Assembly (NCBI GenBank): GCA_002189035.1
Contig: CM007990.1
Span: 2,914,001 to 2,978,000, forward strand
DNA: 64,000 bases
Source of the DNA: Utricularia gibba
Taxonomy: Eukaryota; Plantae; Magnoliophyta
Direction of reading: 5' to 3'
Shown here in pieces: positions 12,282 to 25,646 of this stretch; position 1 is the first letter of the stretch; the number at the start of each line of letters is the position of its first letter. The position numbers were made by a program, and so were the translations under genes. Below the pieces are notes generated by a model. That model saw only the letters and a program-made list of their open reading frames with translations, was not told where the DNA came from and did not search any database.

Positions 12282-13444
12282 TGATAACACATATTTTTAA
12301 GTGATTGAGTGCATGGAAAAGATTCATATTGTGCTACAAAAATTTAGTTTTACTACCTAGTTTTATATTTTTGCGCATAAGTACCGCAATTGTGTTATTT
12401 TAGTCTTAGTTGGGACTAAATCTACGATTTACTCTCAACCTTCTATTAGTTTTACTCGAGCAATGCAGTGCAGGTCGCAACACGAATTCCAAGGAGCCGA
12501 ATATGCACAGTGTAGTGGCAGAAGATGAGTCCAAATGTTTCAAAAGTGATACACACAAAATCCAAGGAGTAAAAAGGAGATTTTGGACAAAAAGGGAGGA
12601 AAGATGAGAGAGAAGTCAGATCTCCCTTTGTAGACTTAAGACAAGTTTCCGGAGATTTTTCTGGAGGAAGAAGAAGAAGGGGACGACGAACCAGAAGAAC
12701 AGAGCTTCTCTTGAGAAATTATTTTCGTTCTTCATGTTTACTATTCCTAGCTAAGATTAGATTTGGATTTCCTGTGTTAACGAAGTGTCTGTCCTACTTT
12801 TGCTTCATTTTGCTCGTTGTTGTTTAGCATTTGTAGCCAATATGTTGCTTAGTATCTGTTATGAAGATGTTTTACTTTCTATTACCATGAGTAGCTAAGC
12901 ACTTAGGGGGGTGCCTTGGGGTGAAAAGGGGAGAAGTATGCTAATCCATCCTTAGACCTAATAAATCATAAGTCACACTACTTCCTTAGCAAACCAGGAT
13001 AGATTCAAGAGAGGGAGGTAGTGAAACCCAACTAACAATCCTAATTAGAGGTAGACCAATGATTAGGAGGAAAAACAAGAATCCGGGTAGACCTAGATCT
13101 TGTTAGTTAGTTGTATGATTTTTGATTTATGTGAGCTTGTTTAGTGATAGACATACATCCCCTAGGAGTCTCAAGCCATCATCCATTCCATTCCAGGAAC
13201 TAACGAATCCAAACTTGTTACCTTTTCCTTACTGCATTCCATCGTAGATCTGTTTTATTCCTAGCTAAGACCAATTTTACCAACGTGACACTGATTACAT
13301 GCATTAACAGTCACATAGCAATAACCTGCTCTTCATGTTCGACCATAATCACTATGCTCATAATTGTTTTATGCTTGAAAGTTATAAATTTATTTGATAG
13401 GAAAAATTGTAATTTAACGACATTGCATAATTTTTCGTTTATCA
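12282..13444 (+). mobile_element. Solo LTR (Athila-like)
   Basis: TGATAA...TTATCA termini; TSD CACCT at 12277-12281 and 13445-13449; inserted in Athila gag. Confidence 0.85.
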
Positions 13445-14217
13445 CACCTCTATGTCAAGCAATTTCTTTTTGCTTCTCAACTCAATTGCTGAAATATTAA
13501 CTTGTGGATTCACTGAAGGTTGAGAAGGTAGCTTTCTAGATTTGTTCTCGATTACTCCAACTCTTGTTGCCAATTGTCCTACTTGCTTTTCAATGTTCTT
13601 TCTCCTTTTTGCTTTCTTCTCAATCTTTGAGGGTTCCTCAAGCATACATCTCATCATATCTCCCAAAGACAGTTCTGGCTTCACTTGATTGGTTCTTTGA
13701 TGCAGGTTTCCTCAAGCATACGAATGATGAGATTGCTCCACCATTTCCTTGATTTTCATCTAGGCCTATGTACAGGTGAGTGTCCTCAAGCTCCCTCTAG
13801 CAGCATTATCTAATTGTGTTCTGATAGTTGGTAACAGACCCTCCAAAGGAATTTTAAGAGTCTGCCACTCATACCTGTGATGCGGACAGCTTGCAAACAA
13901 TCTGTTGAACTTGTCCCAATACTTGTGTAGTAAGTCTCCCATAAACTGATAAATGTCTACAATTTTTCTTCTTAACTCCTCTTGTCTTGTGAATCGAAAA
14001 TACTTGATCAAAAATTCTCTTTTCATTTCAAAGACCTCTGCAAGATTCTCAATGAGTTGTCCTCTAAGACCTCCTTTGGTTTGATCGTAGCACTAACTAA
14101 AAGATAGCCATCCAAGTGCTGGTGTGCACCCTCCTTTCCATTTTTGTAGAATATTCCTAGTTTGAGTACAAATGTAGTGGCTTACTATGGAAAATGATAC
14201 TCCTACATAGTCTTTTC

Positions 14218-15652
14218 TGTTGGGTTTCTCGTACTCATAACATGTTAGAAAAAGTAGTGAAATTTAAAAATTTTTTGAGAAAACCCTAACGCATATCTCG
14301 AAATACCTTTTAGAGGACTTACTTGTTCACTAACTGCCAATAGTAGACGGCATACATGGCATCCACACGTGAAGCACTCTATCGATAACCTTTTCAAGGC
14401 TGCAGAATGCTGGTCGATCTCCTCAGGTGCTAGTAGAGAAAATCACCCCCTTGTGGATCAATCTTAGAGAGCACGAAGATGTTGAAAGCAGATCTATAGA
14501 TCTTAATCTCTTTGATAGATATTCGGTAACATATCAAATCCGATCTCCGTAAAGATCTTTTGTAGAGATATGTATATGTTCCAAATCTTATCTATAAAAG
14601 ATCCTTTATTGTGAGTTTAATTAATATTGATCTCAAAATAACTCGCTATTTAATTTATCCACTATACCAATTACATCTCATATAATTGTGTCATTCTATT
14701 TTATATCGATGAATGACTCCATTATTGTGTGTGACCCTATAGGCTTCTTCAATCAAGTCCGTAATAATGGATTTATTAATTAACTCTTAATTAATCAAAT
14801 CCATCATTATCGATCATGAGTGATGTGTAGCAACATATCATGATCCTCAAGATGTAAGAATAATAAGGTGAACTGATTGAGCCTTTCCATGACCAGCCAC
14901 TATGCACAGAACATCTTTCATCATACTTATATCTTATTCGATACTAGAACATGGGTGTGCGTCTTTCTAATATATTAAACTAATAATTGCATTCAAGCAC
15001 TAACACTCAACGACCTACTCAAAGAATTCGAGTGTCATTACCCTGGGCCCAAGACTTACTGTCAGCCTTTGATGCAATTACTTGAGATATGATCTCATAG
15101 TTAACAAGAGTAATGAATTCTTTATTGATCAATCAATTATCTCCAACCTTAAGGAGTCACATCCCTACTTATCCATACTAGGCAAACCATGGTTAGGCTC
15201 TGATTAGTAATGAGCGAAAATGTGAGCTTAAGATCAAGATAACTTTGTTGACCACGAGTCTAAGTTTACTTGCACGGCTGTCATATTCGAGATCTTGCTA
15301 CGGATACTTGGTTAGCTTCCCATAGTAGCATCTCAAATATGAGACATGCTGTGAATCGATTCTCTAACCGACACCTACACATAGGTTCTAGTAATCTCAT
15401 TACATCAATTGTGAGAACCATTGCCTAAAAAATTTGTGATATGCTCATTTCACAAACACTCTAATTAGGGAATTTTTAACTTGAACAGAAATGCTTGAAG
15501 AATCTCACATTATGATCTCATCATAATTTTTATACCACATAGATTAAGTAGTGGATTTTATCAATGATGTAAATTTGATCACAATTCAAGGTAAACATCA
15601 AAAGATAAGATTTTCCAATGAGTTGATTGTCTCTAGAACACATACACCAACA
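14218..15652 (-). mobile_element. Angela-family solo LTR
   Basis: Termini match TGTTGGTGTATGTG...GAGAAACCCAACA in reverse; TSD TTTTC at 14213-14217 and 15653-15657. Confidence 0.9.
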
Positions 15653-16170
15653 TTTTCCACTCCATTTGCATGCATGAATGATTCATGTGTCGCAGCTTAT
15701 TCCTTGGCCTTTGCTGTTGCTTTCTGCTACTTCTTCTTTGCACACTTCTTTTTCTCTTTTGTGGTTCTCTCTATCTTTGGATCAAGCGGGGCAAGAGGTT
15801 CACCCACAAAAGAACGCAATCGACTAAAGAGTGCCTAGCTCCGTGGCAATGGCACCATTTTGATGGAGGGAAAATTCTAAAGGTGTCACATGCCTCCAGG
15901 TTTTCCTCATCAAAAGATATTTGTAAAACTAAACTAGCATTCTACACCATATTTACAAGGAAAATACTGCAGTAGTAGCAAGTTTAGGTCAATCTAAAGG
16001 GAGCAAACGGTTTTTTGTTGCAAGTCTCATGCATGGATTAAATAGGGGGTTTCGGTTTGGAAGTGGATTTCAAAAAATGGTTTCTACATTGAAAGTTAAA
16101 AGTAACCATCATAGTTAACACCGAAAATTGATCATGCTTAAAAGAAAACATAATAAGTTGGAAACATGGT

Positions 16171-19100
16171 TCTCACAATTGATGTAATGAGATTACTAGA
16201 ACGTATGTGTGGGTGTCGATTAGAGAATCGATTTACTGGATGACTCATCTTCGAGATGCTACCATGGGAAGCTAACCAACTGTCAGTAGCAAGATCTCGA
16301 ATATGACAGCTGTGCAAGTAAGCTTAGACTTGAGGTTAACAAAGTTCTCTTGATTTTAACCTCACATTTTTGCTCATTACTAATTGGAGCCTAACCATGG
16401 GTTGCCTAGTATGGATGAGTAGGGAAGTGACTCATTAAGGTTGGATATAGTTGATTGATCAATAAAAGATTCCATCACTCATATTAGTGCTTGAATGCAA
16501 TTATAAGTTCGATACATCAATAAGACACACATCCCTGTTCTGGTATCGAATGAGATATAAGTATGATGAAAGCTGTTTATTGCATGATCGTTGGTCATGG
16601 AAAGTCTCAATTAGTTCACCTGATTATTCTTACATCTTGGGGATCATGATATCTTGCTAGACATCACTCATGATCGATAATGATGGATTTATTTAATTAA
16701 AAGTTAATTAATAAATCCATTATTACGGCGTTGATTGAAGAAGCCTATAGGGTCACACACAATAGTGAAGTCACTCATCGATATAAAATAGAATGACACA
16801 ATTACATGAGATGTAATTGGTAAAGTAGATAAATTAAATAGAGAGTTATTTTGAGATTAATATCGATTAAACTCAAAATAAAAGATCTGGTATAGATAAG
16901 ATTTGGAACATATACATATCTCCACTAGATAAGTTATTTAACGGAGATAGGATTTGATATGTTACAATATATCTATCAAAAGATTCAGATCTAAAGATCT
17001 TCCATCATCTTCTTGGTGCTCTCTGAGATTAATCCACAAGGGGCCGATTTACTGTACTAGCGCCTGAATAATTCGACCAGCATTCTACAGACTTGAGAAG
17101 TATATCGACGGAGTACTTCACGTGTGGATACCAAAGAGGCTGTCTGCTATTGGCGATGGGTGAACAATGGAGTCCTCTAAAAGGTATTTTCAACATCCCT
17201 TTATCTGATGTGGTATTCCAAGATATGCATTGGTGGTTTCTCAAAAATTTTAAATTCCGCTGCTTTTGTGGCATAAGATGTCCACGAGAAAGCCAATAGT
17301 GATATCAGAGCGAGGTTACGGAATACGTGTATACGTTAGAATCTTTGATGATTTTACGAGATGTTCTCGTATGTTGCCTTTCCGGTGACACGTTATAATC
17401 TTTGCTGATTTTTCGAGATGTTCTCGTATGTTGCCTTGCTGGCGATCATTATAATAGCATGTGATGCACGAAATCTGATTATGTTGGATTGTTTTGCTTC
17501 CTTAGGATGCACGAAATTCGATTCATGATTGATGCTTTCGAGAATCATCCCTTACGTGTATATGCGCAGCATGTGGATGGTTTATATGTATGTAGTCGTG
17601 AGGCATGAGGGCCTTTGCACGAATTTGATGATTATGATCATATTAGTGAATTATCGGTGCATAGGATGTTTGATAATTTATTTATGACCAAGGCATCTAG
17701 GGTCAATTAGGATTTTGGAGCCTTATGTGTGAAAATCCAAGGATATGGTGTGTTCTAAACGAAAGGGCTCCGGTTTTCAAGATGCCTATTTGATAGGATA
17801 TTGATATCCATAGTGCAAGAGTTGCATATGGAAAAATCCCTACTAAATAGTTAAGCTGATTCCTTCCACCGACATAAGGAGACTGAGAGTAATTTTTAGT
17901 GAATAGAGTTATTGGCTACCGTCAAGGTCTCCACTACACATGACATGTTCCAATTATGGAATTAGATTCACAGTGGTTGGCTTAACTGATTTTATCAACT
18001 TGTTGATTAAAGCCAAGGTTGGTAAAATTGGAGGAAAGATTGAGGTAAATAGTTATTACATCAAGAATAGATGGCTCAATGATACAGTGGTTGTATGCGA
18101 GATACAATTGGCATTAGATGACTACCTATTTCATTCATTAAAGCTTGTTGGCTACAGTCCAGGTGGAGATGAATGAAATGGGACACTATCCCTCTAAGAG
18201 AATGTGATTTTCTCGTTTTGTTAGTCAGGGGCTGCCATCTCGAAAAACATAGTGGGAGTCAATCACATTTGATAAAGACCAATTAGATGTGATTTATAGA
18301 ACCCTACATGATGTCTTTGCATTCTCTTCTTCACGTTGAAGATATGTCTTCCAGCGTGAATTTGGGATCCATTCTAGAGTCCAACAAGTTGGCTGGCTCG
18401 AATTTTACTAATTGGCACCCCAATTTGAGAATTTTTCTCAAGGCGGAGAAGATTGCTTACATCCTTGAGCAAGATGTTCCTGCACAACCCAGGACTAATG
18501 CAGCTGAAGATGTTTGGCATGCATATTAGAAGTATCTAGATGATGCTGAGCTTGTCTCCTGTATCATGTGTGCTTCGATGGCCCCTGATCTACAAAAACA
18601 GCATGAGGCGATGACTTGTCAACAGATGATAACACACCTCAAGGATCTGTTTGGCGAGCACTCACGACTTGAAAGGTTCAAGACATCAAATCTTGAAGAA
18701 AGGTAATGTTGACCTAAGAGTTGAGAATGGTGCACGAGTGGCTGCCATGGTAGTTGGGACTTGCCACATCGCCGTACCTTCTGGATTATCTCTTGAATTA
18801 GATTATGTTTACTATGTTCCCTCATTGTCTAAGAATGCCGTCTCTATTTCTTGTTTGGACAAGATTGGTTTCGAGTTTTCTCTAAAGAACAACTGTTGTT
18901 CCATACGACGTGGGAACGAGCATCATGGTATTGCTACGATAGTAAAAAAAATATGTTTTGGATCAGCATGATTCAAAACGAATACACATGTGTATAAAAG
19001 GCCAAGGATTGACAATATCTTGAATTCTTACCTCTGCCATTTTCGTTTAGGCCATATAAACAAGAAGCGTGTTGAGTTCTTATATCGATTAGCATATTTG

Positions 19101-21860
19101 GACTCAGAAGATTATGAAGTAGAGTTGTTGAGTTGTTGAGGAGATACCTTAGGAAGTAGAGTTGTGGAAGGAAGGGGGTGTTAGAGCTAAAGAGGAAGGA
19201 ATTTCGTGGAATTAGCCATAAGAAAGGGATTACTTCTGTAGGAAGGTAAGTGGGGTGAGTGCTACTGTTTTTAGAAGCATGTCTTGATGCTTCTCTGGAA
19301 CATATGTGATTAATTGCCTATGTGTTGTTATATGTTGTCTTAGAAAGATTTCTTTCATGTTTTCATTAACCCGTTTTTCTTCCCTGTTCTTCTTTGTATG
19401 AAAAGTCCAGCAGGGCACGTCCTTCTGATCTTAATGTTTCAAATCTATTTAGAGTCCCTAAAATCCTTCTTTCAGAACCTAATTTGTTATTTTCCAAGGA
19501 TTAGGTGCCTTTGTTGGTCAGTTTCCAAACAGGTATTCCCTTTTGAAGTGTATAGAGTGCTCAATTTTTTCCCTACGTGCTATGTGAACTTATGATATGA
19601 AATGGAGAGGAGTGTGGACCCACGCTCTTAGCAACATGGTTTTAACCATGGGATTCATGGTTAAATATGTCAGACATGTCTGAGGCATCCCTATGGGGTA
19701 AGCCAGATAAGAAAGGCCAGGGAGCACGTTATATGTATGCTATGGTCTGAGTTTAGAGGTGGTGTTCGGTTGGTGGCTCTTCTGAACACTACTAAAGGAC
19801 TTAGGCAATACATGACCCATTTCCTAAGATCTGGAGGTGATGCCTAAGCTGAAGGGTCAAGGGGATTGGGCAAAGATAGAGAATGGGACTCACTACTTGG
19901 ATATGTGCTTGGCTTTGAGATTTTATGCTCAAACACTCTTTCTTCACTACATGCACGTTTATCTTTTACCAAACTTCAGTAGCATGACCACTTCATGTTT
20001 TAACTTGTTCCAGGTGTAGAGGGGAATGGCTGAAGGTCTGGTGGTCAACCAAACTAGAGGTTTTCCCATAGAAGTTGTGGCATGTCGTGAATAGCTGTTG
20101 AAACCTTAGCTATGTTGTGAGGAATGTGCTAAGTAGGCTGGACGTAGTTCCTTTTGCATGTTTGAACGGTTGTGAGTTAATATATATGTAGCCAACTTAA
20201 TGTTATTTCTCCATCCTACAAAAGGGGTTAAGTAGCCTTGAGTCCTAACGTTTGATGGGGTTTGGCAGTCATGTCTCATGCCTCTTGGGCCCTAGGCATG
20301 GGTCCTGACTGTCGAGAACCAACTTGAGCATTCTATCAAGAAGCTTCGATCAGATCGTGGTGGGGAATACTTGAGTAATGAATTGAAGAATCATCTGAAA
20401 GACAATGGTATTGTCTCAGAAAGAACTCCTCCTGATACACCTGAGCATAATGGTGTTTATTAGAGGAAAAATCGAACTTTGCTTGACATGGTTCGATCCA
20501 GGATGAGTTTTGCAGAGCTACCAAAGTCCATGTGGGGATATGCTTTAGAGGCAGCGGCTCATTATTTTGAACAAAGCCCCATCGAAATCGGTTTGAAACC
20601 ACTCCTTATGAGATTTGGACTGGTAGAAAACTGAGTTTCTCCTACCTCAAAGCTTGGGGATGCCCTGCTTATGTAAGAAGGTTGAAGTCAGATAAGTTGG
20701 AGAACAAATCTGACAAGTGTTTCTTTCTGGGATATCCACAAGAAACCATGGGATACTACTTCTATAATCCTCAGGAGGGAAAGGTTTTCATCTCGAGGAA
20801 TGCTGTCTTTTTAGCGAAAGAGTTTCTTCTCAAAGAAGCAAGTCAGAGTTGTTTTGAACTTGAGAAGATGTTTGAGAACGAGCTAGTGACACCAATAGAA
20901 ACGCCAGTGGGTGACTCAAAAGGTAATCTAGGCTCACCATCTCAAAATTGTGTCCCAGAAGCTGGTAATGTACGAGTGAGCAATCAACATGAGCAATCTG
21001 ACTTGCCAAATGTACCAAGCACGTTTTATGTCAGAAGATCAGTCCAACAATGTAACCCTATTATGAGATATGGTTTCATTTTTGATACCGAAGGCATGGG
21101 AGACCTCATATTAGATGAGGAACCTCGAACTTATGATGAAGCAATCAATAGTGCTGAGTCAAGTAAATGGTTGTTACCATGGGGGCAGAAAAGGATTCCA
21201 TGTATGAGAACAATGTATGGACATTGGTCAATGCTCTAGAGGGAGTAAATCCTATTGGATGCAAATGGGTATTCAAAAGGAAAACTGACATAGATGGAAA
21301 TATATCTATCTATAAGGCACGACTTGTGGCAAAAGGGTATCGTCAAAAACAAGGTGTTGATTATGATGAAACCTTTTCGCTTGTTGCTATGTTGAAGTTC
21401 ATTCGAATTTTACTTTTCATTGTTGCTCATTTTGATTATGAGATATGGCAGATGGATGTGAAAACAGCCTTTCTAAATGGAAATTTGGCTTATGAAATGT
21501 ACATGACACAACCTGAAGGTTTCACACAAAATCCTAGTAAAGTGTGTAAACTGAACAAATCCATCTATGGGCTAAAGCAAGCTTCAAGAAGTTGGAATGC
21601 CAAATTTGAAGAGACAATCAAAGAGTTTGGTTTCTCTCAAAATGAAGATGAACCTTGTGTATACAAGAAGGCAGATGGCTTGGCAATCGTATTTCTCATA
21701 CTATATGTGGATGACATATTAGTAATCAGAAATGATGTTGCAATAATGTAATCAGTAAAAATCTGGTTATCCAAGAGCTTTTCAATGAAAGATCTTGGAG
21801 ATACGGCTGATATAATGGGCATAAAGATCAATGGAGATAGATTAGAGAAACTCATTGGAT
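16171..21860 (+). mobile_element. Angela-clade Ty1/copia copy 1 (degenerate, 3'-truncated)
   Basis: LTR to 17298; PBS TGATATCAGAGC at 17300; gag MSSSVNLGSILESNKLAGSNF with TAG at 18527; deletion near 18690; integrase KLRSDRGGEY; RT WQMDVKTAFLNG..YGLKQASRSWN..LYVDD. Confidence 0.9.
19119..20310 (+). mobile_element. 3' part of a Tekay-like LTR inside Angela integrase
   Basis: Non-coding block between ..DSEDYE and VENQL.., ending GGGTCCTGAC; shares CAGTCATG..TGCCTCTTG with the LTR end at 9489-9520. Confidence 0.55.
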
Positions 21861-22136
21861 TGTCAGGGCCCACGATAGTATGGTAAAGGAGAGGGTGCAA
21901 GGTGGCGTGTAACATGGCTAAACAGGTAATTGAGATCAGCATGGACTGAATTAGGTGCTAAGGGGTCTTCGGGCTTGGCCCGTCGGACTTAGGTAGAGCC
22001 TGTTAGCTCTAAGTAGGGGTCTATCTAGTGGAAGAAAACCTTGCGCGGCTAGATCAGCATTGAGAGGGACGGAGACGCATGCCCAAGGGAGGGAGGAAGA
22101 GATCTTGTGCCAAGGAAGAAGATCTTGCGCATCACA
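21861..22136 (+). mobile_element. 5' fragment of a Tekay-like LTR bridging the two Angela copies
   Basis: Starts TGTCAGGGCCC, the inverted complement of the GGGTCCTGAC end at ~20310. No TSD seen. Confidence 0.45.
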
Positions 22137-25100
22137 ACTAGAATCTAATACCCAAGAACCATTCTTGATAGTAGTGTTAATCTCAATCATGTGTATACTT
22201 GAATCTGAATTTTCATTCTGCTTCTTGCCCTTGATTGACTCTAGGTAAGCTTTGCAATTTTTCTTCCAATGACAAGATTTCTCACAATGAAGGCATTCAC
22301 CCTTAGCCGGTTTTTCAACTGGCTTCTTCTTCTTGATCTCACTTTTAGCTTTGAGTTTTTTGTTATGACTCTTCTTCTTGGAAACCTTTTTCCTTGAAGA
22401 GTCAAGCATGACGTTCTTTTTTTCCTTTGTGATAGTTGTCTCAACAGACTTGAGTAACAGAATCAATTTAGGAACAGTTTGATCCATCTTGTTCATATGA
22501 TAGTTCAGCAAGAATTGTGAATAGCTATCAAGTAGTGAGGTAAGGATCAAGTCAATACTCAAGTCCTTATCCAACACAAAACCAAGAGTGGACAACTTCT
22601 CAATGTAACTCAACATCAATGTCGCATGATCAGCTGCAGAACATTCTTCTGCAAGGCGACAATGGAATAACAGCTTTGATGTCTTGAACCTTTCAAGTCG
22701 TGAGTGCTCGCCAAACAGATCCTTGAGGTGTGTTATCATCTGTTGACAAGTCATCGCCTCATGCTGTTTTTGTAGATCAGGGGCCATCGAAGCACGCATG
22801 ATACAGCAGACAAGCTCAGCATCATCTAGATACTTCTAATATGCATGTCGAACATCTTCAGCTGCATTAGTCCTGGGTTGTGCAGGAACATCTTGCTCAA
22901 GGATGTAAGCAATCTTCTCCGCCTTGAGAAAAATTCTCAAATTGGGGTGCCAATTAGTAAAATTCGAGCCAGCCAACTTGTTGGACTCTAGAATGGATCC
23001 CAAATTCACGCTGGAAGACATATCTTCAACGTGAAGAAGAGAATGCAAAGGCATCACGTAGTGTTCTTTAAATCACATCTAATTGGTCTTTATCAAATGT
23101 GATTGACTCCCACTATGTTTTTCGAGATGGCACCCCCTGACTAACAAAACGAGAAAATCACATTTTCTTAGAGGGACAGTGTCCCATTTCATTCATCTCC
23201 ACCTGGACTGTAGCCAACAAGCTTTAATAAATGAAACAGGTAGTCATCTCATGCCAATTGTATCTCTCATACAACTACTATATTATTGAATCATCAACCT
23301 TTCCTCCATTTTTACCAACCTTGGCTTTAGTCAACAAGTTGATAAAATCAGTTAAGCCAACCACTATGAATCTAATTCCATATTTTGAACATGTCATGTG
23401 TAGTGGAGAGCTTGACGGTAGCCAACAAGTCTATGCACTAAAAATGACTCTCTTTCTCCTTATGTTAGTGGAAGGAATAAACTGAATTATTTAGTAGGGG
23501 ATTTTCCCATAAGCAACACTTGCACTATGGATATCGATATCCCATCACATAGGAATCTTGACAACCCTTGCCCTTTCGTTCATAACGCATTATATCCCTG
23601 GATTTTCACACATCAAGCTCCAAAATCCTAATTGACCCTAGATGCCTTGCTCACAAATAAATTATCAAACATCATATGCATCGATAATTCACCAATATGA
23701 TCCTCATCATCAAAATTCGTGCAAAAGCCATCATGCCCCATGTCTACATACATGTAAACCATCAACATGCTGCGCATATACACGTAAGATATGATTCTCA
23801 AAAGCATCAATCATGAATCAAATTTCGTGCAGCCTAAGGCAGCAAAACAATCCAACATAATCAGATTTCGTGCATGACATGCTATCATGATGATCACAAG
23901 GAACGCTACATACGAGAACATCTCGCAATCACATGCTATCACAATAATCGCCGGCAAGGCGACATACGAGAACATCTCGGAAAATCAGAAAAGATTTTAA
24001 CGTGTCGGCGACATACGAGAACATCTCGTAAAATCAAAAAAGATTTTAACGTGTCACCAGCAAGGCAACATACGAGAACATCTCGAAAAATTAGAAAAGA
24101 TTCTAACGTATACACGTATTCGGCAACCTCGCTCCGATATCACTGTTAGGTTTCTCGTAGACATTGTATGTCTCAAAAGCAGCGGAATTTTAAAAATTTT
24201 GAGAAACCCTAAATGCAGATCTTGGAATACGGTATCCATCAGACAAAGAGATGTTCTTGTGACATATCAAATCATATCTCCATAAAGATCTTATCAATAT
24301 CTATTTCAGACCTTTTATTTTGAGTTTAATCAATATTAATTTCAAAATAATTCTCTATTTAATTGTGTCATCCTATTTTATATCGATGAGTGACTCCACT
24401 ATTATGTGTGACCCTATAGGCTTCTTCAATCAAGTCCGTAATAATGGATTTACTAATTAACTCTTAATTAATCAAATCTATCATTATCGATCATGAGTGA
24501 TTTCTAGCAATATATCATGACCCTCTAGATGTAAGAATAATCAAGTAAACTGATTGAGTCTTTCCATGACCAGCCATCATGTAATGCACAGCTTTCATCG
24601 TACTTATATCTCATTCCATACCAGAACATGGGTGTGTGTCTTTCTGATGTATCGAACTTATAATTGCATTCAAGCACTAACACTCAATGAACTACTCAAA
24701 CAATTCAAGTATCATTACCCCGGGCCCAGAACTTACTGTTAGGCATTCATCCAATTACTTGAGATATGATCTTCAACCTTATTGATCAATCAATTATCTC
24801 CAACCTTAAGGAGTCACATCCCTACTCATCCATACTAGGTAAGCCATGGTTAGGCTCCCATTAGTAATGAGCGAAAATGTGAGTTTAAAATCAAGATAAC
24901 TTTGTTGACCTCAAGTCTAAGCTTACTTGCACCGCTGTCATATTCGAGATCTTGCTACTGACATTTGGTTAACTTCCAATAGTAGCATCTCGAAGATGAG
25001 TCATCCAGTGAATCCATTCTCTAATCGACACCCACACATAGGTTCTAGTAATCTCATTATATCAATTGTGAGGATTATTGCCTAAACAGTTTAGGGAACT

Positions 25101-25344
25101 CAATATGTGCCAGCTTATCCCTATTTTGTGATATCCTCATTTCACAAACACTCTAGCCAAGGAGTTTTTAACTGGAAGATAAATGCTTGAATAATCTCAT
25201 ATTATGATCTCATCATAATTTTTATAGCACATTGATCAAGTAGAAGATTTTATCAATGATGTAAACTTGATCACAATTCAAGGTAAACATCAAATGATAA
25301 GATTTGCCAATGAATTGATTGTCTCTAGAACACATACACCAACA
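22137..25344 (-). mobile_element. Angela-clade Ty1/copia copy 2 (LTR, PBS, gag, start of protease)
   Basis: LTR 25344-24144; degenerate PBS 24142-24130; gag ATG at 23021 with TAG at 22838-22836; knuckle CLHCEKSCHWKKNC; protease SWVLDS. Confidence 0.9.
23908..24115 (+). repeat. Tandem ~50-58 bp repeats in the Angela 5' UTR
   Basis: Core ACATACGAGAACATCTCG occurs four times (~23908, 23962, 24011, 24068); two reverse-complement copies at ~17355-17440 in copy 1. Confidence 0.85.
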
Positions 25345-25646
25345 CCTATATTCCCCACTTTTCACTCCTTAATGAATCTAATTTTCTGGTGAGCTCCTCC
25401 AATTCCATGGTTTTTTGTTCTCGTAATTTTCATGTAAAAATCCTTGTCCCCCTTTTATCCCATACATATTTTGAATGTATACCCGAAAATCAGATCGACC
25501 CATAACGTCGATTTTCTACACAACATAATCCTTTGGTCAATCATTATAACAAACAAAACTTCTGATGTGACCCTCTAACCTAAAGAGCTTAGCATCCTAC
25601 CACACATGAGAAAATTTTATGCTTAGAAAAGAACTAACGCATGTCT

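Larger units (their letters stand above)
9738..16170 (-). mobile_element. Degenerate Athila-type Ty3/gypsy (LTR end, PBS, gag, protease, RT, RNase H)
   Basis: Degenerate tRNA-Asp-type PBS at 15857-15839; gag YWDKFNRLFASCPHH; KPLPKHIKY; RT RKDHYLLPFIDQMLDKL..FLDGYSGYNQ..APEDQEK..RRMPFGLCNA. Many stops and frameshifts. Confidence 0.85.
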
